Below are positions 14,588 through 27,472 of a stretch of DNA of 64,000 nucleotides, piece after piece. The translations under genes were made by a program, and so were the position numbers. Source of the DNA: Octopus vulgaris (Eukaryota); NCBI GenBank assembly GCA_951406725.2, contig OX597819.1:79856001-79920000 (forward strand), given 5' to 3'. Each line of letters opens with the position of its first letter. Position 1 is the stretch's first letter. Below the pieces are notes generated by a model. It worked only from the letters and a program-made list of their open reading frames with translations. It was not told the DNA's origin and ran no database searches.

Positions 14588-15056
14588 ATCCTTCATCCCA
14601 TCACCGGCTGTCCTGATAATCGGCCGTAAATTCACATCAGCAGCCATGAAACAGAGCGAAGCCTGTTCTGTTTCATTGAATATAAAACTTGCTCAAAATG
14701 ATATGTTTTCGTCCCAAATTTCCTTCACCTCTGACATTAGTTTCGCCCAATTTAGCCAACATCTACACCCATAATCATGCTATCTTCTATTTCATTCAAC
14801 TCATTAACCATTAGTCAACTGAACTGTCACCAGACTGCCAGTTTCCCTCTTTCTCTCCCTCACTCTCTTTTGCTTTCTCTCTCTCCCTCCCTCTCTCTCT
14901 CTCTCTCTTTCTCTGTATTTTAGAATCATACATACTTTAGTAAATATTGCTTTTTCTTTGTATTTTCCTCTCGTTTTTGTTTTTCAGTTATTTAGGTATG
15001 TACGATTTCATATGTATGTATATATGTATGTATGCATGTATGTGTGCGTCTATGTA

Positions 15057-15096
<40 letters not shown>

Positions 15097-15098
15097 TA

Positions 15099-15160
<62 letters not shown>

Positions 15161-15296
15161 TATCTGTACACACACATATATGAATGTATGCGTTTTTGCA
15201 TACATATATGTGTCTGTATGAATAAGTATTTTGTATATACATATATATATACATACATATATATACATATTTATTTAATATCATCTGTATCATACA

Positions 15297-15338
<42 letters not shown>

Positions 15339-16034
15339 ATCACAGATGATACATTATTTCCAAATATAAATAACCTATTTATGTCCCTAGCGGAAAACCA
15401 GAATCTTCTCATTCTTGCACACACACACACACAGAGACACACATACTCACGTACACACACACACATACACGCACGCAATAACACACATGCACACACACAC
15501 ACACACACACATCCCATTCTATACATATATTTGTAAAAGCATGCGTCGACACACGTGGACACATGCACATCTCTCTCTCTCCCTTCAGCATTGCGTTTTC
15601 TTGCAATCTCTCTGCATTTGTGTGCATGCGGGTGCGAAACACACGCGCGTGTGTGCCTGCGTGCGTGTGTGTGTCTGAGAGAGAGGGGGTGCAGAGAGGT
15701 AAAGATAAGATCAAACCTCTGCCTTTTCTTCGTATATGTACTCTGTGATCGTTCTTACTACACAGACCAGTCAAATGATGTATAAGAATACTCACCGAGT
15801 TGCTGGAGATCTGTCACGGAATTGAAATTTGAATTGCACGGAGTAATGAATATATATCAATACACGCACACACACACACACACAAGAAATTAAACGACGT
15901 GGAGTTATGTTACAACGGTCTTGCAAAACGGTTGCAACATATCTCAACTTTTGTAAACCAGAAAAATCTGTGAGACAGTTTAAGTCTTTAAAGATTTAAG
16001 AATTAAAAATCTAAACGAATCTCAGTGCCTTTTC

Positions 16035-16066
<32 letters not shown>

Positions 16067-16159
16067 ATGAGATGTTTTACAGGCAAACTGTGAAATTATC
16101 ATATAGCTGCTGCCCTAATATGAATACTATAATTACTTGAGACCAACTCGAAAAGCCTC

Positions 16160-16612
16160 AATCCAGTTGTATTTGTCGCGACCCAGGAATCTTTTCACTT
16201 GACCAACGATGTGTCATTAAATCCGGCATATTTGAAGCAGAAGTTACGGCAACACTAGATAGTGACACACCCGTAAAAATAGCTATATCGAACAATGTGA
16301 AGGAGAATTTAAGAATTGCTATACTAATCGCATAGCTTCCATCCGACATACGGACGATAGCAAATCTACTAAGCTGGCTAGCTAACGTGGCTAGGCAAGC
16401 TTGAAATAGAACGCAACACCACATACAAAAAAAGTGGAAAATAATAGAAAAATCCACACCATGTTTACGGATCAAAAAATGTAAGCTATGCTTTGCTGGC
16501 CGTTTTCAGATCTAAGATCTCTAAATCACTGCTGAGCTCTAGATACGAAATTTTCAGAGGTTGCAAGCATATGCCTAAGCTCCTGTTGAAGAGTTGGGAA
16601 GTTCCTCTTCTA
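16160..16612 (+). pseudogene. Decayed GIY-YIG endonuclease of a Penelope-like element (Naiad/Nematis-like pattern)
   Basis: Pieced translation with stops and frameshifts: CICRDP..LDQRCVIKSGIFEAEVT / YIEQCEGEFKNCYTNRIASIRH..KSTKLAS / KWKIIEKSTP..KKCKLC / LLSSRYEIFRGCKHMPKLLL. Confidence 0.75.
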
Positions 16613-17649
16613 AGCCACTATTTTGTCAGACTTATAATTTACCGTCTAAGGGAGATGACTCTTTCCTCCCTTTGCTTCTGATTATTTGTTTGTTTTCCGG
16701 TTTTTCAATCTTCCTCTTTTTCTATTTACTTCCTACTCATCTTTTCATGTTTCTTCTCTCGCTTCATTTTTAGTTTGTTTTACCACGACTGTGCCGAGAT
16801 GTCAGACGAGTTATAAAACAATGTTAGGCATGTTCTCAGCATATGAAACTAATAGTAGCACATAAAAACATGTATTGTGTTTACTAAATTATATCTATCT
16901 CTCATCCGATGGATTATTATTATTTTAATTTTTTTGTAGATCTTACCCTCATGAAACAGCACTGCATGCACTCCTATACAATATCGTATTTTGTTGTATT
17001 GTACACCAACACTCGAGATGCTAAAAAGACAAAATGAGTTAGGAAATGGTTGCCGAATTGATATATTTCATGCTTCTTGACGACAATCCTCTAACAGAAA
17101 TCCTAAATACACCAACGTTCGTGCATACATGCATATAATTTGAGCTAACGGGCGTCTACGAGTTGGTTCAACCTTCTAGAAGTGCATGCTAAATCTTTTT
17201 AAAAAGCATTCCTTTTATTTTCTTACGCGAAAAACATATTTGGTCCACTGTGTTTCATAGATGTAAAGCCAGATAGAAAATGAGTTGGGCAAAAGTGATT
17301 GATTATTCAATGAAATTAAAATGCTTTCTCGCCTTGTAAACATATACAACTTCATAAGAAAGACAGATAAATTACTCAAGAAACGAATTGGCAGAGTCGT
17401 TAGAACTTCGGACACAACATCTCGTCGTATTTGTTTCGACTGTGTAAGTTCCAATACCACGAAATTCAACTGTGTCTTTTGTCATAATTTTTTTCCGTGG
17501 GGGATTTAAAAGGAAAAAAAAAGGGTAATGGTACCAATGCAAGGCAACTGACTGTTGGAACTAAATTACAAGAATCTCAGGCCGGATAACTTTCGCTACT
17601 CGTTCTGGGTCTTCGCGTTCTGGGTTCAAATGAACTGTAACTATATTGT

Positions 17650-18874
17650 AGTCTGAATTACGCAAAATTGTAAATAACACAGACATTTAATTTTAACAGA
17701 TATATTTACCAAAAATTACATAAAAATATCTTGAAATACTAAATTTGTTCATTAAAATCACTTAGTCTTCAACCACGGCTTCCAGACCACATCAGAATCT
17801 CCTACAACTCTTCTGGACGGTCTCTTTGTGTATGTTGGTGAATGCTGCCATAATTTCTTCCTTTAGTTCATCTTTGGTGTTATAAGGAGTTTTGTTGGTC
17901 ACTTGCTCAACTGCTCCCCACACATAATAATCAAGGAAATTGCAGTGTGGGGAGTTAAGTGCCGGATGTTAGAGATGATGTGGTCGCAAAATTGTCTGAC
18001 AGCCATGAGTGGGTTCTCCTACTTGTGTGGCATGGTGCAGAGTCCTGTTGCCAGATATAGGGTCTTCCAGCAGTCACCCTCTTGGTTCAGGGCAGCACTA
18101 CTCCACCAGACTTCCGTGTTGATTCTGAGGCCGTGTGGGAATATGAATGGAGGCATAACGTCGCCATCCTTAGTGATCGCTCCAAACACCATGATCTTGA
18201 CTGGATTCTCACTCTCAGTACATGTTTTGGTGACGCGGTTGTTTTGTGTGCTCACTATCTGATCCTGGCAGAACTTCTTCTCGACTGAGAAAACTCAAAG
18301 CATATTCAGTTGGAGGGGATGCTTGAGTTTGTTGAAAAGTTTCGTAGCGCAGTCTTTTCTCTTATCCTTAATGTCTTGGCATAAAGATTGGCTCAATCTG
18401 ATCTTGCATGAAGAATACCAAATGTCTTTATGCACTACCTGCCCGATAAAAAACTCAGAGGCTCCCATGTCCCTGGCGATGGTCCTCAGTGACTTGGAGG
18501 GATCCTTGTCAATCATGGCCTGGATCTCACCAACAAATAAGTTCTTTTCTTATCAGAACGATCAGAACGAGTTTTTCGAATAGCCGTACCTTCGTAATCA
18601 CCATTAGACTCATCCGGATCCTCTGCACTGTCCTCAGTTTGACACTCAAGCACTCTTAAATGTTCGTATTGGAGCTTCCAGTGCAAATGCCAAGCAGTAC
18701 TGTATGTCGTTTCCAAATTTCTGGCAGAGTGAATTGCGCCATGGAGCTGTTTTTCTCACAGACAGTGCCCAACTGACCCTACTATACTGTGTAGTCGACA
18801 AAATAAAAAAAAACAAAAAACAATGCGCGAAATAAAAAATTTTAAACGGCGACAATTATACCCATCGCCATGTA
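17650..18874 (-). mobile_element. Decayed Tc1/mariner transposon (DD37D/maT-like)
   Basis: Minus-strand ORF pieces MIDKDPSKSLRTIARDMGASEFFI..KLFNKLKHP and QNNR..PVKIMVFGAITKDGDVMPPFIFPHGLRINTE. Multiple frameshifts. Confidence 0.85.
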
Positions 18875-18875
18875 T

Positions 18876-19420
18876 CTCATATACAAATAGCAAATTTATT
18901 TCTGTCTGTCTGTCAGTCTGTTATCATCTTACTGCTAAACCCACGAATCAATCTCCAAGAAACTTTGCGTACATGTTAAACTAACATCCAGTTCATTAAG
19001 AAGCTAATTGGATTTCAATAAAAATCTATATTGTGCCTCCTAGGGGTGCGGGATCGAATTATATAATAAAATGAGGTGGTTGCAAGGAGTAGTAGAGTGA
19101 ACGAAATATGGTGACAGAGTGAGGGTAACTGACATCAGGTAAGGAGATAACAACGTTGTTTAAGCGACAAATATGGAGTAACATTGGGATGTAACATTAA
19201 TACAGCTGTCATATACACGCGACGCTGCATACATACTTTTGTAAATACATAGATACATATATACACACACACCAAACACACATGCACATAAGTAACTTTT
19301 AAAACGCCCAGGAAGTGGGAAAAGTGAGTGTGAAAAATACGTAGCTTTAAGGAGAGAGTGGGGTAGTGGCATTTCTGCTGTCCATCGCAAAGAAGCATTA
19401 GCACACAGACACACACGCAT
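18876..19420 (+). mobile_element. Non-autonomous Helitron-like dispersed repeat, copy 1
   Basis: Starts TC-ATATACAAA then (TCTG)n. Aligns over ~500 bp with 21250-21790. No 3' CTRR hairpin end seen. Confidence 0.6.
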
Positions 19421-19429
19421 ATATATATA

Positions 19430-20065
19430 TAATTTTGTCCCTCTTAGCGTGTGGCATGTATGTATAATAATGCCCTCTATATATAATTAATATGTTCAAT
19501 GAGAAAGAATTATTTTCGAAATTTTTTCTCTTATGAGGTTTTTCACGCTATCTACCCGATAATTTCTTGTTAAGTTTTTCCTTATTAAGAAGTTGTCCTT
19601 AATTGCTAAATTTTTATTCCGAAAAAACTTTTCCTTTCCCGAAATGCAATTCGTAAAAGTCTGCCATTTACCGGATGTAATATATGTAAACTAACCCATG
19701 TGCGTCGTTGATGTTGGTCAGTTGGCTGCCCGGCTTTGACGATGTAGGGTCGTTTATTTATGATACGTCCAGACTTGCTGATGAATACAGAGGTATGAAA
19801 TCACAGGTGATACAAGTCCATATTTTTTAAATGTCTTACTTTGAAAAATTGCATTCGGTTGGATTAGTAAAATTTTTGGTAGAAATGACTAATTTTGTCC
19901 CTCTTAGCGTGTGGCATGTATGTATAATAATGCCCTCTATATATAATTAATATGTTCAATGAGAAAGAATTATTTTCGAAATTTTTTCTCTTATGAGGTT
20001 TTTCACGCTATCTACCCGATAATTTCTTGTTAAGTTTTTCCTTATTAAGAAGTTGTCCTTAATTG

Positions 20066-20068
<3 letters not shown>
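19430..20068 (+). mobile_element. Retrozyme-like / PLE pseudo-LTR element: 460-nt unit present 1.39 times, inserted in (TA)n
   Basis: 19430-19608 and 19890-20068 are identical 179-bp direct repeats. Both flanks are (TA)n, no credible ORF is present, and a complete hammerhead lies in the unique part. Confidence 0.85.
19759..19822 (+). ncRNA. Type I hammerhead ribozyme
   Basis: GACTTG(19772-77)-CTGATGA-ATAC-AGAG-GTAT-GAAA-TCAC-AG-GTGA-TA-CAAGTC(19813-18). All three stems are Watson-Crick. Stem I can extend through TATG/CATA across a 9-nt bulge. Predicted cleavage after AUA (19812/19813). Confidence 0.85.
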
Positions 20069-20100
<32 letters not shown>

Positions 20101-20104
<4 letters not shown>

Positions 20105-20300
20105 GGGAAGGTTTACGAAAATAAACAAAAGACGAAGGCAGGTGGAGTACAAACAAACAATGTATTAGTATGGCGCTCAGGAATAGAAATAAAACAAGTC
20201 TTTTACGTTTCGAGCCTGCGCACTTCGACAGAAAGATACACAGAAAAGAAACAAGGAGAGAACAAAATTGCGTGTAGGGGCTAACGATCCAACATGGCAT
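20101..20300 (-). mobile_element. 3' terminus of a PLE-type element with a variant hammerhead core, ending in (TA)n
   Basis: Minus strand TCTTT-CTGTCGA-AGTGCGCAGGCTC-GAAAC-GTA-AAAGA at 20199-20236. Same family as 48620-48772. Confidence 0.7.
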
Positions 20301-20375
20301 ACATATATACGTACATACATACATGCATTCATGCATACACACACACATACATACATACATACATACATACATACA

Positions 20376-20406
<31 letters not shown>

Positions 20407-21204
20407 GTCTACTATACACCATTTTAAACCCATGATTACTTGGGTGTACTTTTATAAATGTGTGTGCATGTGTATGTGTGCGTCTGCTTGTGTATATGTT
20501 TGTGAGTGTATGTGTGTGTGTGTGTCTGTGTATGTATGAGTGTCTGAGTCTACCATTTTGTAGGGTTTTCCCTGTTGCTGTTACATATTATGAAATTTAT
20601 ATTCCATCAAAATTTTCAAATTTGTTATTTTCTACGTAAAATCCGATCTTGTTATTTATTTGTTCCAGCAAAATTGCAGCAAAATATTACTGAGATTTGA
20701 AGTTTAATCATTTTTACCTATTCAAAAAAGAGGATTTGGAAGCTGGCATTTTCTTCATCATAACTATCTATCACAAAGTGAAAGCAAAATCATTAGGACG
20801 GGGAAATTTTATTAAACAGACGAAAGTGAAGCATTACGACGATCAAAGCTGGTAGAACTTCTAAAGTTTTTATAAGTGTTAATGAATAAAGTCATGTAAA
20901 ACGATCAAACAGACATGTAAATAATTTAAAAACGAAAAATATCCCCAACGAAGATTTTTGGCGAAAAATTGCACAAATCTTTTCTGATCAAGAGGTCTAT
21001 GTGTCTGGCATGGAATAAACTTGGTCTGACTTGGTCTGGCATGGAATAAACAGAAATTTATATAAGACATTCTATTGTAAAAATTGCCCCGCCAGGACGG
21101 GTTATTCAGTTAGTATATATATATATATATATATATATACGTACATACATACATGTATGCACACATATACACGCACACATACACACACACACACATATAT
21201 ATGC

Positions 21205-21249
<45 letters not shown>

Positions 21250-21252
<3 letters not shown>

Positions 21253-21790
21253 TATATAAATGGCAATTTATGTCTGTCTGTTACCATCTTACTGCCTACT
21301 CTAGCAAACCAGTCTTCATGAAACTGTGCGTACATGTTAAACTAACATGCAGTTCAATAATTGGCTAAATTCAATAAACATCTATAATGTGTCCCCTAGA
21401 GGGTAAGGGCGAATTATATGATAAAATGAGACGGGTTCCAAGAGTATTAGTGGGAGGGAAATGTAGTAGCAGAAGTGAGTGTGACTGATATCAGGGAAGG
21501 GGAAAACACCGTTGTGCGAGTGACAAATATTGTGTGACAGTGGGATAGCAACGTTAATATCTCTGTCATATACATGCGACGCTGCATGCATACTTCCGTA
21601 AATACATAGATATATGCATACGCACGCGCACACGCACACGCACACACATGCAGATAAGTGACTTTTAAAGCATAGAGAAAGGTAGAGAAAGGTGGGTATG
21701 AGGAATACGTAGCTTGAAAGAGAGAGTGGGTAGGTGGCTTTTCTGCTGTCCATCGCAAAGAAACATTCACACACAGACATACACTCACAC
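21250..21790 (+). mobile_element. Non-autonomous Helitron-like dispersed repeat, copy 2
   Basis: Starts TCATATATAAATGG; homologous to 18876-19420. Confidence 0.6.
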
Positions 21791-21865
21791 ACACATAAAC
21801 AAATATATGTACATATATATGTATGTATATAAATAATATATATATATATATATATATATCAGTGC

Positions 21866-22350
21866 AGGCGTGGTTGTGTGGCAAGAAATTTGCTTCCCAA
21901 TCACATGGTTACGGACTCTGATCCACTGCATGACATATTGGATGCCTTCTACAATAGTCTACCCACGGGCCGACCAAAGGCTTATGAGTGGATGTGGAAG
22001 ACGGATACCGAAAGACGTTTGTCGTATGTACACACACACACATACACACAGACATACAGGCACACACACACATATATATATATGTGCGTGTGTGTGTGTG
22101 TGTATACGTGTATGTGTCTGTTGTGTATTGTGAGCCTGTGTCTTCGTATGTGTTTGTCCCACCACTACTTCGCAACCGGTGTTGGTGTGTTTACGTCCCC
22201 ATAACTTAGCACTTCGCTAAAAGACCAAGCAGAGATATGTATATATGTATATAATGAGTACTGGGGTCGATTGCCTCGGCTAAAATTCTTCAAGGCGGTG
22301 CAGCAGTATGGCCGTAGCCTAATGTCTGAAACAAGTAAATGATAAAAGAT
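21866..22350 (+). mobile_element. CORE-type tRNA-derived SINE with an internal microsatellite
   Basis: Head ggcgtggttgtgtggcaagaa..cccaatcacatgg is homologous to 25410-25565 and to 49030-49430 (minus). Confidence 0.8.
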
Positions 22351-22418
22351 ATATATATGCGTGTGTGTGTGCCTATGTATGTGTATATATATATATATAT
22401 ACATGTATATATATATAT

Positions 22419-22468
<50 letters not shown>

Positions 22469-22611
22469 GTATATATATGTATATATATGTATATATATAT
22501 GTATATATATAGGTATATATATATGTATATATATGTATATATATGTATATATATATATATATATATAGGTATATATATATATGTATATATATGTATATAT
22601 ATATGTATATA

Positions 22612-22661
<50 letters not shown>

Positions 22662-23207
22662 TGTATGTATACATATATATGCATATATATACACACACAC
22701 CCACACACAACACACGCGCACACACACACACACACACACGCGCGCGCATAAACAGAGGGAGAGAGATATTTCCAATACTGACGCTATTCAGAATCTCTTG
22801 CGCGGTTTTTATCAAGCTGCATCTTATTAGACTTCAGTGATGTTAGGAACAAGCATGTACCATCAGCGAGGCTGTTTATATTTCAGTGAAGAAGTCATAC
22901 TCAGAATTATATATTTAGTGGTTAGATTTAGCAATTAATCTCCGAGGTAATTTATGTAACATGCTACAATGCTTATGAATAAATTAATTAATAGCTCTAA
23001 AGCAAATTTATGCATGTCTCACAACCAAATGGTTATTACTGAGGCTTAATTGGGAATCATGAAAATTAGTGTACAATGTAATTTATCTGTTGGATTAATT
23101 GGCATGTATCATCTCCATCACGAGAAAACTTACTTTTGATATACATACATACATACACACATACATAAATACATACATACACACTCACACACATATATCT
23201 ATGAATG

Positions 23208-23268
<61 letters not shown>

Positions 23269-23423
23269 CTCTTTCTTTCTCTCTCTCTATATATATATAC
23301 ACACACACATATACATATATACACACACAGATAAATATATACATATATAAGCGTGTATATATGTGTATGCATATATATATGCATATATGTGTATTTTTAT
23401 ATATGTGTATAAAGATATGTGTG

Positions 23424-23521
<98 letters not shown>

Positions 23522-24235
23522 GTGACACACACACATACACACATATACATATATATATATATGTGTGCATAAAGATAGTTTTATAGATTTATATGTATTT
23601 ATGTATACGAGTGCGAGTCTGCCTGTGCATATGTATGAATGGTTGTGTGTTGTACCAATCGGAGAAAGTTCCTATTATCAGTGTTTCTGGTTACATATAA
23701 TCCTTCCGGCATAGAGCAATTAATTAATTTATTCATAAGCACTGTAAATTGTTACATTATATAACTTATACATCAGCAATCTGCTTGCTGTCACGTCCAA
23801 ACTTTGCGTATTCCTAAGCAGATGATACCACTCTTCCTTGTTCTCTAATCGTCTTTGCCCAAGCGTCATCCAAAGCTAATACTGATATCTCACGCAAAAT
23901 CTGTAATGGCGACATCACAAACCTAGAGAACGCCGACTAGTGAAACTATGCCGATGGGGTTCTACGTTGGCACTACAAACAATGCAACTATGACACACAC
24001 AAATAGAATTTCGTTGTCATAAGCTTGTAAAACAACACTCAGAGTCTATAATAAATAAGTGGTTTACTCGAAACAAATGCAGTTACTCAAATTTGTAAAG
24101 AAAGCATGACCTAATAATTGCCTTCCTCTTTAGGGTCTTAGAATCCCTTCGACTCCAGTCAATTAGTAAGTTTCTACCGAGCTCAGGGGAAGAAACAGTT
24201 GAACACGGCTCCCACATCTGAGGTGTCATCAACAT

Positions 24236-25165
24236 AGTCTTCATAAATGACTTGCCCGACGACCTCACGCATCACACCCTTCTATTTGCCGACGATGTCA
24301 AACTGGTCGCTCCTCGCGGTGATATAGAGGATCTTCGTCGATGCCTCCACCAAATTTGGAGATGGTCTAACGAATGGGACCTGTGTCTGAACGTGTCAAA
24401 GTGCTGTCATCTGCTTGTTGGCTCTCCTCCTGCAACTCAACTTTATTTCGAGCCGGGTCGTCTGCTGCTGGAGAGGACCGACCAGGTAAAGGACTTGGGT
24501 ATCTTGGTGGATTCCTCCTTTTCGCCTTCGGCTCAGTGCGTCCATGCTGCCAACAAAGCACGCGGAGTTCTGTTCTTGATTCGACGGTCATTCGGAATGC
24601 TCACAGCAGCCATATTCCTACCGCTCTATGTCACGCAGGTGAGACCCATATTGGCGTACGGGATTCAAGCCTCTTCTCCTTATCTCCTCAAAGACATACA
24701 GCATCTCGAAAGAGTCCAGAAGCTGGCTACACGCATGGTTCTTGGTCTCAAGAATTTGTCTTATGAAGAAAGGCTGAAGACGCTCGACCTTTATTCTCTA
24801 GAAAAACGACGACGCCGTGGTGATCTCATTCTTGCTCACAACATCATAAGCGGAAAGTGTAACCTCTCGAAAGAGCTGTTCTTCACTCCTGCTCCAGAGT
24901 GTCGGCTGCGAGGTCACTCCGAAAAGCTCTATCTGCGACGAGTTTCATCTCAATCGAAGGAGAGGGGCTTTCTCCGTCCGGGTTGCGGATCCGTGGAATA
25001 AGCTGTCGGACGATATACTGAAGATGCCGACGACCGCTCGGTTCAAAGTCTCCCTTGACCACAAGTGGCCAGAACTCTTTACATGAACACCACCCTGTAC
25101 ATAACTCCATGTCCCCCTACATGGCCTTGCTTTTTGCTTTTTGAGCCAAAAATTAACTAACTAAC
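24236..25165 (+). mobile_element. 5'-truncated CR1-group LINE: RT C-terminal half and 3' UTR with a (CTAA)n tail
   Basis: ORF 24252-25001 contains FINDLP..LFADDVKL, VKDLGI and LERVQKLATRMV..LSYEERLKTLDLYSLEKRRRRGDLI. After a frameshift near 24942 it continues FSVRVADPWNKL..KWPELFT*. Tail taactaactaac. Confidence 0.95.
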
Positions 25166-25409
25166 AGAAGTAAGACTCCTTGTCTTGGTATTGAATTGCG
25201 CACTGACCTTTCATTCCCGTGTCTCTGTTTCTGTCTTTGCTACCGCTATTACGGTGGATACTAATACCATGCAGAGCTTTTTGGTCTCTTGTAAACTATA
25301 CACATGAACGCACAACTTGGACTTGTATATGCGTTTCACCGTTCCACCTGATCTGAAGAAAGGAGCTGTTCCATAAGGTGATACATACACATGTTTAAAC
25401 TCAGTACTT

Positions 25410-25561
25410 TGGCTGTGTGGTAAGTAGCTTGCTTACGAACCACATGGTTCTGGGTTCATTCCCACTGCGTGGCACGTTGGGAAAGTGTCTTCTACTATAG
25501 CCTCGGGCCAACCAAAGCCTTGTGAGTAGATTTGGTAGACGGAAACTGAAAGAAGCCTATC

Positions 25562-25606
<45 letters not shown>

Positions 25607-25678
25607 TGTATGTTTGTGTGTGTGTTTGTCCCTCCACCATCGTTTGACAACCGATGTTGGTGTGTTTACGTCCCGGGG
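25410..25678 (+). mobile_element. CORE-type SINE, 3'-interrupted
   Basis: tggctgtgtggtaagtagc (box A-like), gggttcattccc (box B-like) and ggcacgttgggaaagtgtctt (CORE-like). Confidence 0.85.
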
Positions 25679-25927
25679 AGCCACCGGTTGCCGAAACAGA
25701 CACTCCGAGGATTTTCACCAGAGACCCGTCTGCCGGTTTATGGACCTAAAACCACTCGGTGTCAGACCAATCCGCCTTAGGTGGCCCTACCATGAACCGA
25801 AGTTCCCGACGGCATAGCTCTGATACTACCCGTCTGTCTGTATGACTCTCTGCCTCTGTTTCTTTCTCCCTTTTTCTCTCTCTCTTTCTCTCTCTCTCTC
25901 TCACTCTCTGTATACACATGTGTGATT

Positions 25928-25970
<43 letters not shown>

Positions 25971-26659
25971 TGTATGCGTTTGTGTAAATATATATATACA
26001 TATATTATTTAATAGGCAGAAGTTACAAAGCGGCTCAAGGGCCAAGAATGCCATACACTACCAGTGTTCAAACCATACACACACGCACACATACACATGC
26101 GCACACACTCACGCACACGCATGCTCACACACACACACACACACTCAGAGAAACAGGCGCATACACAGACACACTCACACACAGGGGTGTAAACATTTAC
26201 GCCAAATTATCTTTTTCAATACCACTAGAGACGTACCTTTCTAACAGTTCAACTCTTACTCTGCTTCTCGGCATATATGTATACAAACACATTCAAATAC
26301 ATTATTATAAAATATTGCTATATATATATATATGTATGTGTGCTTATCTGCAATTATGTGCACACGTTGGAGTATTTCTACGTATATTTCTTTGTGTGCG
26401 TATGTGCATACATGCATATGTGGTTGCGGTGTGTGTGTGTGTGTGTGTGTATGCGTGCACTTGTGTGTGTATGTGTGTGTGTGTATGCGTGCACATATGT
26501 GCGTGTGTATATCTGAGATGTTGATCAGTTAAGCGTGTACAAATATTTAAATATATGAGAACTTTTCATTTTTAACATGCTGGCTAAAATTTGTTTCTTG
26601 TTTTTTTATTCGCATCTATCACTGTACAACGTATACCCCCACACACTTAAACATAACCA

Positions 26660-26670
26660 TACATGATATA

Positions 26671-26716
<46 letters not shown>

Positions 26717-26807
26717 GATATATATATGTATATATGTATGTATGTATGTATATACATATATATATTGCCTAAGGGCATATATGTACATCTACATATTTCT
26801 GCACACT

Positions 26808-26851
<44 letters not shown>

Positions 26852-26978
26852 CATATATATGCATATATATATATACATATATATGCATATATATATATAT
26901 ATATATGCATATATATGCATATATATATATATATGCATATATATATATATGCATATATATATATGCATATATATATGC

Positions 26979-27022
<44 letters not shown>

Positions 27023-27108
27023 ATGTATACATGCAACTCTCTCTCTCCCTTTCTCTCTCCTTCTCTCTCTCTATACATATATATATACACACATATATAT
27101 ATACACAC

Positions 27109-27156
<48 letters not shown>

Positions 27157-27377
27157 ACATATATGTATATATATGTATGTATACATATATATATGTATGT
27201 ATATATATAGAAATATATGTGCGTATATATATATATATAGTCTGTGTATATTTAAAATCATTATGCATGCATACAAGCTCACGTACATTTATACACATGC
27301 AAACTCGCGCGTGCACACATACGCACACACACACTCAGACACATGCATATATATCTATATCTGTATCTATATCTATA

Positions 27378-27472
<95 letters not shown>

